64,000 nucleotides of DNA from positions 49,319-113,318 of the forward strand of contig CAYRGX010000004.1 in the NCBI GenBank assembly GCA_964423905.1. The letters run 5' to 3'. Below, one piece after another: positions 50,058 to 58,986 of this stretch. The notes under the pieces are model-generated. The model had not been told where the DNA came from. It did no database searches and saw nothing but the letters and a program-made list of their open reading frames with translations. The stretch comes from an uncultured Leptospirales bacterium. Its GTDB lineage: Bacteria > Spirochaetota > UBA4802 > UBA5550. The translations under genes and the position numbers were made by a program. The stretch's first letter is position 1. Each line of letters opens with the position of its first letter.

Positions 50058-50228
50058 CTATCCTGCTAATCGCTTAAGCAATCCTTCGAGCTTTTTTTCC
50101 TTATCGACCAAGTGTTCCTTGAACTCATTTGACCTGCAGTGGTGTATCTCCACAGGCATGCCCTTGAGCACCTTGCCGATAAGCTCCTCCAGCAGATTGA
50201 CTTCATCCTGAGAAAGTTCCAATTTCAT
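50058..50228 (-). CDS. small hypothetical protein (56 aa), not in ORF track
   Basis: Hand translation MKLELSQDEVNLLEELIGKVLKGMPVEIHHCRSNEFKEHLVDKEKKLEGLLKRLAG; GGAGGAGG SD 5 nt before ATG; upstream TTGACT-17-TACATT; intrinsic terminator immediately downstream. Confidence 0.45.
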   Translation of the reverse strand: MKLELSQDEVNLLEELIGKVLKGMPVEIHHCRSNEFKEHLVDKEKKLEGLLKRLAG

Positions 50229-50270
50229 AATGACCTCCTCCTGAGAAAATCATTCATCTATAGCACTATT

Positions 50271-50299
50271 AATGTATGCAATATGGCATACCCAGTCAA
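50271..50299 (-). promoter_or_regulatory. sigma70-like promoter for the 56-aa ORF
   Basis: Minus strand TTGACT (50299-50294), 17-nt spacer, TACATT (50276-50271), ~40 nt upstream of ATG. Confidence 0.35.
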
Positions 50300-50449
50300 A
50301 AAAATCTAAGGGAGGATATTTGGTGAAAACGGGCATGTGACCGAAAACCGGGCTGCCTGAAAGGTGGTGCGACGTCTGATTTCAAAAACCGGTCGCGTAA
50401 CGCCGCCAATAGCTTCCCGATTATTATTATCAATCCTGCCGAACGCCGT

Positions 50450-51091
50450 CTAGGTACGTATATACTGGACGAGCCGTACGGCAAAATACACGAAAAGCAA
50501 TCCGAGAAGCACGGCCAGTATGGTATTGAGCACCCGGATGACGTGCCCGGGGATGGATTGCCTCTTTCTATGCAGCGCCGTTGCGAGCAGTGCGAGATAC
50601 CCCACCAGGCCGGTACAGCCCGAGATGACGAAAAGCAGCCTTATCCAGAAGGTAGCCACGCTGAAAAAACCAAGGTCAAAAAAAACCCTGAATCCGACGA
50701 CCCACCATGCCATGATGGCGGGATTGGTGACCGCGATGACAAAACCAGCGGCAAAAGGGAACCGGCGAGTGTTGATTCGTCCCGCGTCGTCGCCGGCGCG
50801 CTCTTTTCTGATGTCGCCAATCGTTTGCCAGAGCAGTACCCCCATCACCACAACTCCGATCATGTAGATAACCATGGTGTTCCTCCGGGTGAACAGGAGG
50901 TCCCCGAAGCCGAGGAGCGTCACTGCCCCGTACAGAAAATCAGAAGTGCCGGATCCCAACGCCATCAGGAACGCCTCCCGCATTCTGCCGCTGACCGCCC
51001 TCTTTACGACTTCTATCTGGACTGCGCCCACGGGTATGGCGGAAAGAAATCCAAGAACCAATCCGAACACGATCAACACGCAATATGACAC
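50450..51091 (-). CDS. LysE/RhtB family amino-acid exporter
   Basis: 6-TM, 213 aa, N-terminus LIVFGLVLGFLSAIPVGAV typical of LysE type. Confidence 0.8.
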   Translation of the reverse strand: MSYCVLIVFGLVLGFLSAIPVGAVQIEVVKRAVSGRMREAFLMALGSGTSDFLYGAVTLLGFGDLLFTRRNTMVIYMIGVVVMGVLLWQTIGDIRKERAGDDAGRINTRRFPFAAGFVIAVTNPAIMAWWVVGFRVFFDLGFFSVATFWIRLLFVISGCTGLVGYLALLATALHRKRQSIPGHVIRVLNTILAVLLGLLFVYFAVRLVQYIRT

Positions 51092-51203
51092 CGGGCCCCT
51101 CTCACTGCCGGACCGTGCAATATCACGGTAACGTTCCGGCCGGTGAAATCATTGACAGAACGACGGACCATTGCAAGCATGAAATGCTTATCAGTGACAT
51201 ATT

Positions 51204-52433
51204 ATGACAAACGGCCGGCCCAGCCCCATGACGCCCCGAGGCGTCGAAAGGAGAATACGCCAACACGTACTCGGCCGCACCCATGAATTCTTTGCGGTGG
51301 TTCAGCCCGGCTTTGAGCGCACCGCATCGCGAGAGCTTTCCAGCCTCGGGATTGACACCGTCTTGTCCCTCACGACAGGGGGAATCGAGTTCAGCGCACG
51401 ACTCGATACCCTGTATGAAATTTGCATCCGCACAAGGAACCTCACCAGGATACTCATGCGCCTCGGCTCGTTCCAGGCGCGGCGGTTCGATACCCTGAGG
51501 TCGAACCTGTCTTCTTTCCCGTGGGAGCTGTATCTCCCTGCCCACGGAGACATAGGATTCAGGATCTCGTGCCGGGCATCCCGGCTGTACCATACTGGAA
51601 GAATCGAAGACGAAGCGAGAACAAGCGTCACCCGCCGTCTCGCGCGACTTGGCATTCAGCCAACGCCGGAGGGAGATATACCCGGCATCCCGGCACAGAC
51701 CGTGTACATTCGCATGAACAACGACAACTGCCAGTTGAGCATAGACGCAAGCGGTGTCCTGTACCGAAGGGGGGATAAAACCATGATTACCGGCGCGCCC
51801 CTCCGCGAGACCCTCGCGTCCCTCATACTATGCGAGGCCCGCTCGTGGGAATATGAAAGCGTGCTTGATCCTATGTGCGGTTCGGGGACCTTCTCACTTG
51901 AAGCGGCCGCAGTGTTCGCAGGAAGAGCACCCGGCGTCGATAGAACGTTTCCCTTCATGGGATGGCCCTGCTTCCGGTCAAGGGCCTATGCCTACCTGAA
52001 ACGGTCCATCGCTCTCGGTGCGAAAGAGAGCGAATCCGCGCTAGCTGCGCGCAGCACCCCCGCGGTGTTTGCCTCGGACATTGACGTGAACGCGGTACAT
52101 ATCGCGCAACACAACATCAAGTCGGCGGGACTCGATCGGTTTGTGAGTGTTTCCTGCAAGGATTTTTTCAAAGGAGGCATGGATATCCCCTCTCCCGGGC
52201 GGAATCTCGTCGTTCTTAACCCTCCCTTCGGAAAAAGAATCGAAATGGGCAGCGATGATCTCTTCGAGAGGATAGGCAGGATGTGCAGGCATTACAACGA
52301 ACGCGGATATGCGATAATCGTTCCCGGAATTGAATATGAAAAGAAGCTCGGCCTTGTGTATGACCGGAAGATACCTTTCATTTACGGCGGTATCAGGGTT
52401 GCGGTACTGTTCCGGGACGGAACAGCCGATTAA
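51204..52433 (+). CDS. THUMP-domain class I SAM-dependent RNA (guanine-N2) methyltransferase (RlmL/Trm14-like)
   Basis: DPMCGSGTF motif I, NPPFG motif IV, N-terminal THUMP-like region. Confidence 0.78.
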   Translation: MTNGRPSPMTPRGVERRIRQHVLGRTHEFFAVVQPGFERTASRELSSLGIDTVLSLTTGGIEFSARLDTLYEICIRTRNLTRILMRLGSFQARRFDTLRSNLSSFPWELYLPAHGDIGFRISCRASRLYHTGRIEDEARTSVTRRLARLGIQPTPEGDIPGIPAQTVYIRMNNDNCQLSIDASGVLYRRGDKTMITGAPLRETLASLILCEARSWEYESVLDPMCGSGTFSLEAAAVFAGRAPGVDRTFPFMGWPCFRSRAYAYLKRSIALGAKESESALAARSTPAVFASDIDVNAVHIAQHNIKSAGLDRFVSVSCKDFFKGGMDIPSPGRNLVVLNPPFGKRIEMGSDDLFERIGRMCRHYNERGYAIIVPGIEYEKKLGLVYDRKIPFIYGGIRVAVLFRDGTAD

Positions 52434-52633
52434 AGTTTTCCCGAAGAAACGAGCTTTGCGAAATGGGAGAACGATCGGTCATAGGTCTTCTCGGCTTCCT
52501 TCGAAAACGCGCACCCGGGGAGCTCTTTCATACGCAGGTGGTATTGCAGGCAATCACAGCATACTCCCTTCCTGGAACAGGGATCGTAGGTGCAGGTGCA
52601 GGATTTCTCATTTCGCGCGGTTTTACATTCCAT
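52430..52633 (-). CDS. Cys-rich small protein (CxCxYDPCx4GVCCDCLxYH)
   Basis: 67 aa, 8 Cys in the first 30 residues; downstream of the M28 gene on the same strand. Confidence 0.5.
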   Translation of the reverse strand: MECKTARNEKSCTCTYDPCSRKGVCCDCLQYHLRMKELPGCAFSKEAEKTYDRSFSHFAKLVSSGKL

Positions 52634-52688
52634 CGTTGTAGACTCCTTTTCGTATCGTCATTCGAACCCTGCCGGCGCACCGCAGCAT

Positions 52689-53609
52689 TCAATTTTTCAG
52701 TATTTCGCCCATGTTGAGAATTGTCCTCAGGGCCTCGAAAGAATTCATGATGTTTTCCGTCAGGAACTTAAAATTTATCGTATCGAATGAATCGCCATTG
52801 CAATGGTAATTCTTGTTCCGGTAATAGCCGGTATCCGATAGCATGATGGCCGGAAAGCCCATCTTCATGAAGGAAGAATGATCGGAAAGATCCATCCCTG
52901 GTATTGATGCCGGCCCGATGAAATCGAAAATTTTGTGCTTTGCGTGATCGTTATATATTTTTTTCCATAAATATACGTATTCAGCATACGAGGGGAGCGA
53001 AAAAACACCGAGATAATCGCCGTTCGATGGGTATCTCTTTTTCATATCCTCTATGGGAAAGTCCTGCCTGCAACGCTTGGACGCGTATCCCATCATCTCG
53101 AGGCATACCATCAACTCGATGTTTTCCTTTCTCTTTTTGCAATGGGATGCGTGAAACATGCTTCCCATCTGCTCCGAGGAAAAGAAAGGAGGCTCTTCGA
53201 GTGTAAAGGCGACGAAACGCACTGTTTTCCTGAACTTGTGAGGGGAGAGCAGCCTATAGAGCTCCAGAAGGCTCGCCACTGCGCTGGCATTGTCATCGGC
53301 CCCTGGGGTGTCCTCGACAGTATCGTAATGCGCTCCCACGATCACGATTGAATCAGGTTGTTCAAATCCCTTGATATCGACAATGACATTGGCAACGGAC
53401 TTACCCAGCACGTTGTATTTTTCCTCCGCGGGTTCATGTCCGTTCAGTGAAAAGTATTCCTTAATGAACTCCTTCGCCTTGTTGAGATTGTCATAGTTGC
53501 GAAGCGTTCTTTCACCCAGATCAACGGCGAGATAGCGGATGATCTGCTGCGTATTTATCAGAATATTTTTCCTGGCCCTTATGTCCTCGGAAAAAAATGA
53601 TGTAAGCAT
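52689..53609 (-). CDS. M28 family zinc aminopeptidase
   Basis: IVIVGAHYDTVEDTPGADDNASAVASLLEL metal-binding motifs; lower GC than flanks. Confidence 0.82.
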   Translation of the reverse strand: MLTSFFSEDIRARKNILINTQQIIRYLAVDLGERTLRNYDNLNKAKEFIKEYFSLNGHEPAEEKYNVLGKSVANVIVDIKGFEQPDSIVIVGAHYDTVEDTPGADDNASAVASLLELYRLLSPHKFRKTVRFVAFTLEEPPFFSSEQMGSMFHASHCKKRKENIELMVCLEMMGYASKRCRQDFPIEDMKKRYPSNGDYLGVFSLPSYAEYVYLWKKIYNDHAKHKIFDFIGPASIPGMDLSDHSSFMKMGFPAIMLSDTGYYRNKNYHCNGDSFDTINFKFLTENIMNSFEALRTILNMGEILKN

Positions 53610-53759
53610 CGTGACAACCCTGTAACATCCTTATGTATTTCTTTTGCTGAATATCCAGGGAAATGCTATTTTTTCAAGGATTTTTCTCGACAATTCCTTG
53701 ACTTATATGGCAAATAATGGTAATGCATTATTCCAATCAGGACAAGAGGATAGAATCGC

Positions 53760-54164
53760 ATGGAAATTTTTGACGGTTTTATTTCCGCCATCGCAAGCGA
53801 ATTCAAGATGCAGTTTCACAAGGATTCCGAAGGCGGATATGTGACCAACATCCTCTTCGATAACGACCGATCGCAGGAGGTCCTGATCACCCTTTCGCGG
53901 GACGAAGCGGGTGACCGGATCATCAATTATTATTCCGTCATCGGGAAGCTGAAAAAAGACCTGTGCGAACTATACAAGTACTCCCTTCAGCTCAATACGA
54001 CGTTCAATTACGGAGCAATCGCACTCCTTAACGATACCCTGATAATGCGAAATTCGATCCTTCTCGCTGACTGCGATCCCCTCCGCTTTATGAAAACGCT
54101 CACCTTTGTCGCGGCAAAAGCTGACGAGCTCGAAGAAATGCTCATCAAAGAAAATATATACTGA
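53760..54164 (+). CDS. YbjN-like / type III secretion chaperone-like (TY-Chap) small protein
   Basis: 134 aa, alpha/beta pattern resembling YbjN family (recollection only). Confidence 0.4.
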   Translation: MEIFDGFISAIASEFKMQFHKDSEGGYVTNILFDNDRSQEVLITLSRDEAGDRIINYYSVIGKLKKDLCELYKYSLQLNTTFNYGAIALLNDTLIMRNSILLADCDPLRFMKTLTFVAAKADELEEMLIKENIY

Positions 54165-54189
54165 CGGTCAGTATCCTTCTTAAATCCGC

Positions 54190-55650
54190 ATGATTCGCGA
54201 AACCATGACAATTCATGATCGCTTTCAGTTTGAGCTGAAAGAATCATACAATCTTAGCAGGGATTCGCTCACCGATTCGTACCATATCAAAACGTATTTC
54301 TTTGTACCGAGGAATCTTAACATCGGAAAGGAAACCTATTCGAAGGAAGATTTCTACAAGGATATTAAAACAAACATCCGCCTCGAAACGCCGGCCCTGC
54401 ACATGGCCACCCTTGCCTCGGACATCGATCTTTTTCACGATCTCCAGAAAGCCGTCGATACGGTCGAATCGAATCCGGGAAAAGAGTCGGACAGCCAGTA
54501 CGAGATCAGATTCAAGCTGTTTTGCCTCATGCTGAAGAAATCCATGGGCATCCAGCTTAAGTTCATAGACCAGGCCGACAAGGAAAATGAGGCGAGGTAC
54601 CTTTCTGAAGAGTTAGTGGCGAGCATCACGAAGGTATCGACACGATTCCGGTCAATGGCCGCACGCATTGACAGCTCCAGGCTCACCGAACAGCAAAAGT
54701 CCTTATATCGTTTTTCCGACGAGTACATGAGCCTGAAAATCGAGTCCCAGTGCTACCTGCTGCTCGAATCACTAAAAAAAAAGTACTCGAGCCTGTATGT
54801 CGAAATCAACCGTGTCGTTCTTGACATGATTGCTGGAGAAACGTCGTATCGCAGGGAACAAGGGTATCCCACCATCGTTGACAGGGAAGGGGACAATGAA
54901 AAATTCCTGTTTCATCAATCGGCTTTAAAAAAATTTCTCCATAATATCCTCTTCCTCGATCTCCGTACCGATCGAAGTGAAAAATTTGTCGAGCAGATCC
55001 TCTACAGCATCGCGGCCGGTATCGCGATGATCTTCGCCACCGCCGTGGTGGTGATCGGCCAGAGCAGGTACGATACAATTACGATGCCCTTTTTCATAGC
55101 CCTCGTTGTCAGCTACATGTTCAAGGACCGCATAAAGGATCTGCTCCGCTTGTTTTTTTATCTGCAAATACAGAAATGGTTTTACGACAGGGAGAAGAAT
55201 ATCTATCACCGTTTTGACGAAAGAATCGGCAAATGCAAGGAAAGCTTCAATGTCATACGGGACGACCAGCTGCCTGATATGATCATGGCATACAGGGCAA
55301 GGGACAGGCTCACTGACATCAACAACAGCATGACCGGGGAAAACGTGATCCTGTACCGGAAATACATTACATTCAACAGAAAAAAGTTCAGTCGTATCAA
55401 GGAAGAATACCAGACCAATGGGATAATCGACCTTGTACGTTTTAACGTGCAGAACTTCATAAAGTACATGGATGACCCGGAGAAAAAAATATTTATCACG
55501 CAGGGTACCGAATACTCTTTTGTATCTGCACTGAGAGTCTATCATATCAATATTATCACACACTTTTCTGACAGCAACAAGGATTATCTGAAGCGGTTCA
55601 GGGTGGTGCTCAACCGGGAGGGAATCAAGCGAATAGAAGAGGTTTATTGA
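54190..55650 (+). CDS. hypothetical protein, 486 aa, helical N-domain + 2 central TM helices + C-domain; no recognisable family
   Basis: Long ORF, lower GC; TM pair ILYSIAAGIAMIFATAVVVIG / MPFFIALVVSYMF. Confidence 0.6.
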   Translation: MIRETMTIHDRFQFELKESYNLSRDSLTDSYHIKTYFFVPRNLNIGKETYSKEDFYKDIKTNIRLETPALHMATLASDIDLFHDLQKAVDTVESNPGKESDSQYEIRFKLFCLMLKKSMGIQLKFIDQADKENEARYLSEELVASITKVSTRFRSMAARIDSSRLTEQQKSLYRFSDEYMSLKIESQCYLLLESLKKKYSSLYVEINRVVLDMIAGETSYRREQGYPTIVDREGDNEKFLFHQSALKKFLHNILFLDLRTDRSEKFVEQILYSIAAGIAMIFATAVVVIGQSRYDTITMPFFIALVVSYMFKDRIKDLLRLFFYLQIQKWFYDREKNIYHRFDERIGKCKESFNVIRDDQLPDMIMAYRARDRLTDINNSMTGENVILYRKYITFNRKKFSRIKEEYQTNGIIDLVRFNVQNFIKYMDDPEKKIFITQGTEYSFVSALRVYHINIITHFSDSNKDYLKRFRVVLNREGIKRIEEVY

Positions 55651-55684
55651 AGGGCGGACCATAAACGATCCGCCCCTGGTGTTC

Positions 55685-56503
55685 TCAGTCCCTTATCAGG
55701 TAGCTGTCATCGTACCTGTCAGATTCCTGGAGCTTTCTCAATGTTGCCAGGGCCTTCTTTTTCTGGGCAATCGGCCCTATCCTTACACGATACACCCGCT
55801 TACCGTCAACAGTGGTTTTGTCAAGACGCGCGTTAAAATGTCCGGCACGGAGCTCCTTTACCTGTGCCATGGCTTTATCCTTGCTGTCAAGGGATCCAAC
55901 CTGGATAGAATAACCCGATCCAGAAGTTTCCTTTGCCGATCCTTCTTCGACCCCGGCGGCCTCGATTACTTTCTTCCTGCTTTTTTTATGGATCGAATTG
56001 TTCCTGTTCTTTTCGGTCTTTTTCGCAACAACCTGGTTTCTCGAGGACTTCTTCTCGGTTACGGTCTTCCTGTCATCATTTTTCCGCTCAACGCTTTTTC
56101 TTTTCACAGGAGCGCTTCCCTTGATGAAGCTGCTATTCGAGCCGCCATTGCCCGTAAGGTCCACTGACTCATTTTTCGCCAGCTGCTCGGATCCGCCTGT
56201 ATTGTCGACCGATACGTTTTCCTTCGCTGAAGGCTCGCCCTTCGCGTCGCTCGCCTTCGAGTATTCTTCCTCCTGGGGAGGAACGCTACCCTTCAATATA
56301 TCGAGATCTTTCTGCACCTCGGCATTCTCCATAGCAGAAGGTTCCCCGCCGCCCGGCCGCATGAAATTCATTCCGAGGAGGAATGATACCACCACGATGC
56401 CTATCACGGCGGCTGATATGAGCACGATGCGCACCGTATCGAGGTGCAGTACGTAAAGACTTTTTTCCTTCACCTTGTTGTGAGGGGCTTCAAAATTTTC
56501 CAT
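55685..56503 (-). CDS. SPOR-domain cell-division/septal peptidoglycan-binding protein (DedD/FtsN-like)
   Basis: N-terminal TM, low-complexity linker, C-terminal SPOR YSIQVGSLDSKDKAMAQVKELRAGHFNARLDKTTVDGKRVYRVRIGP. Confidence 0.78.
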   Translation of the reverse strand: MENFEAPHNKVKEKSLYVLHLDTVRIVLISAAVIGIVVVSFLLGMNFMRPGGGEPSAMENAEVQKDLDILKGSVPPQEEEYSKASDAKGEPSAKENVSVDNTGGSEQLAKNESVDLTGNGGSNSSFIKGSAPVKRKSVERKNDDRKTVTEKKSSRNQVVAKKTEKNRNNSIHKKSRKKVIEAAGVEEGSAKETSGSGYSIQVGSLDSKDKAMAQVKELRAGHFNARLDKTTVDGKRVYRVRIGPIAQKKKALATLRKLQESDRYDDSYLIRD

Positions 56504-57057
56504 AAATCGACAACCTGCCTTCTGGTATTTTCAAGCGTACCGGAATTATCAATTATATAATCGGCTCTTTTCTTTTTTTCATTGAGAGAAATTTGATGTG
56601 CCAGCCGGCCGCGGATTTCATCCTCGCTGATGCCGTCCCGGACCTGACCCCGCTCGATAACCTGGTCATCGCCCGCAGTCACAACGATGTTCACGTCCAT
56701 TATTCTGTCGAATCCAGATTCGAAAAGCAGCGGCGTGTTGACCATGTATATCCCATTTCCGGACGACATCTCCTTCACCCGCGTCAGAATGAGTGGATGC
56801 GTTATTTCATTTAACATGCTCACCAGCTCCGGACTCGCGAATACAAGCCTGCCGAACGCCCTCCTATCCAGGCTTCCATCGGGATTCCGGGGTGCGTCTG
56901 GAAAGGCCTGGACGATCATCCTGAGCCCCTCGCTTCCCGGCTCCACCACCTCCCGAGCCACAATATCCGTATCGATCACGACTGCACCGAGCTGCTCGAA
57001 CATTGAACACACGGTCCCCTTGCCAGATGCGAATATACCCGTCACTCCGATCCTCAT
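56470..57057 (-). CDS. coaE: dephospho-CoA kinase
   Basis: MRIGVTGIFASGKGTV P-loop, typical CoaE length. Confidence 0.9.
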   Translation of the reverse strand: MRIGVTGIFASGKGTVCSMFEQLGAVVIDTDIVAREVVEPGSEGLRMIVQAFPDAPRNPDGSLDRRAFGRLVFASPELVSMLNEITHPLILTRVKEMSSGNGIYMVNTPLLFESGFDRIMDVNIVVTAGDDQVIERGQVRDGISEDEIRGRLAHQISLNEKKKRADYIIDNSGTLENTRRQVVDLWKILKPLTTR

Positions 57058-57060
57058 TGT

Positions 57061-58587
57061 TCACCTCTCATCCAGCACGATTCGTTGGTACCTTAGTATT
57101 TCGTCTCTTGAGGCCTTCCTCCCGAGCGAGGCCCTGCAGAGTTCGACGAATTCCGGGCCGCGCACCGCGGCCTTCATGTATTTCTCGACACCACGGCCGT
57201 CGATCCGCTTGCCGTTCAGAATGCTCTTCATGATCCGCTCTTTCGGCACTGGTGGGTTCCCCGTCACACCGAAGAAATCATCCGGGGCAACAGTCTGGAC
57301 CCCGGCCAGGGGCAGCCCCCCTTCGCTCAGGCGGGCGACAATCGTGCCATCATGCGGACGTTCCGCGATCAGTCGTACCGTCAGATCGCGATAACGGACG
57401 AAAGACCTTCGCGTCGAGATTTTTCCAACAGAGTAATCGCGGCTCGAATTTCTAATATACTCGAAATTGAACGAATCCGCAGTTTTCAGCCGCGAGTTGA
57501 ATATGGTGGAATAACGTCGCTGGTATGCGGTACCCCTCGCGTAGATGCTGCGATCGGTGAAACAGAAATCGAGCCCGGCGAGCCCTATCCTGCCGAATCC
57601 CGCAAGATAGCACAACATAAGCGCGTCTCCTGCGACCGTTCCCGTACCGGATTCTATAGAGCCGATCGACAACGCCCCCGATTCACTTAGCAGCTGGCAG
57701 ACCGGGTGCGAGTTGAGCGCCACTATCGCGGGAGCGAGTCGTACACGGGCATGGTGCGCGGTGAGCGTGCATACGGGGATGGCATTGCTCCCCGAGGTGG
57801 CCAGGTAATGTTCGTTGATATACGGCTGGGGATCGATTGATACCACAAAATCGGCGTCCAGGCCATACCCCATGAGTACCGGGAGTGCGGAATCAACCGC
57901 GATCACGATACATTCATTCCGCCGCCCGATTATCCTTGGGATGAGAGCCTCAAGCGAAACGCCAGGCACCGCGAGCACAGCGGTAAATTCCCTGAACATG
58001 CCGCGGATCGCATCCACCGGGATCATCCCGTCAAGCCGGCAGGCGTTGATCAATGCGTTTTTAAGGTAGCGCCCCCCGAAGGCCCTGACCGTTGCCAGAT
58101 TTCCGGCAGAGATATTGACGGCACTCTCGATCGTCTTCCGTATTGCAGAAAAATACTGACCGTGAAATTTTACCGACACATTGTGCTCGATTACCGCGAT
58201 GCCCCGGGCATTATCGAGATCTATCATTCCGGGCAGGATCGAACTCACCTCCTCCGCGGTTTTTCCCGTCATGAGGGTTATGGCCCCGGAAGTGGCAATA
58301 AAGGACGTCTTCTCGTTGCGTTCGATCTCGTTTTCAATTCCGGCCATCGGATCAATGACGATGACCGTACGGTATTCATCCAGCATGTTTTGAAGAGGGA
58401 GCAGGTGATATCCAAGTCCGGCCCCCAGCACGATCAATACGTCAAACCGGGAGGGATCATATCTTTCGGCATATACCTGCGCCTCCCTGGCAGGATCGAT
58501 CCTGCTGTGAATGAATATCCGTCTTCCTTCATTCTCGACTTCAAGAGTCGGAAGTCCCGATGATGTGTTTACGATGCGGTATAGCAT
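57061..58587 (-). CDS. hypothetical protein with Rossmann-like GxGxG; possibly DUF115 / MptE-like (Maf-like)
   Basis: 508 aa; FDVLIVLGAGLGYHL. Family assignment tentative (recollection of architecture only). Confidence 0.4.
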   Translation of the reverse strand: MLYRIVNTSSGLPTLEVENEGRRIFIHSRIDPAREAQVYAERYDPSRFDVLIVLGAGLGYHLLPLQNMLDEYRTVIVIDPMAGIENEIERNEKTSFIATSGAITLMTGKTAEEVSSILPGMIDLDNARGIAVIEHNVSVKFHGQYFSAIRKTIESAVNISAGNLATVRAFGGRYLKNALINACRLDGMIPVDAIRGMFREFTAVLAVPGVSLEALIPRIIGRRNECIVIAVDSALPVLMGYGLDADFVVSIDPQPYINEHYLATSGSNAIPVCTLTAHHARVRLAPAIVALNSHPVCQLLSESGALSIGSIESGTGTVAGDALMLCYLAGFGRIGLAGLDFCFTDRSIYARGTAYQRRYSTIFNSRLKTADSFNFEYIRNSSRDYSVGKISTRRSFVRYRDLTVRLIAERPHDGTIVARLSEGGLPLAGVQTVAPDDFFGVTGNPPVPKERIMKSILNGKRIDGRGVEKYMKAAVRGPEFVELCRASLGRKASRDEILRYQRIVLDER

Positions 58588-58986
58588 GGTTATATAGTGG
58601 TTCTATTCATGATGAATAAACCGCGCTTAGATTATCGGAATAGGGCATGATCGTTCTTGATGCTATTATGCATCTTGTTTCCAATAAAATTATCTTTTCG
58701 AATTTAATTAGACGACTCTAATCGTTGAATTGTGATTATTCAACTGTTATTAACCGACAACACATTGAATGTTATAACATTTTCGGAATCATATACCAGC
58801 CCTCCGGATCAATACCCGACAGCGCTACAGGCAGTACGGGGTCATATCATAGTATGACCAGTCGCCTGGACAATCCTGCCATGCATCGGGTATGGGATCT
58901 TGTTTTTCCATACCCCGCGGCGATGCTGTATTTTTTAATATCCCCCCTCTTCATTTTTTTCGTAAAATGCCTTGACAGATATTGGT

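Larger units (their letters stand above)
52430..55680. other. lower-GC segment (about 45-50% GC versus ~60% flanks) containing M28 peptidase, Cys-rich mini-protein, YbjN-like protein and 486-aa unknown protein
   Basis: Visibly AT-richer codon composition in hand reading; no integrase, tRNA or flanking repeats detected. Confidence 0.4.
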
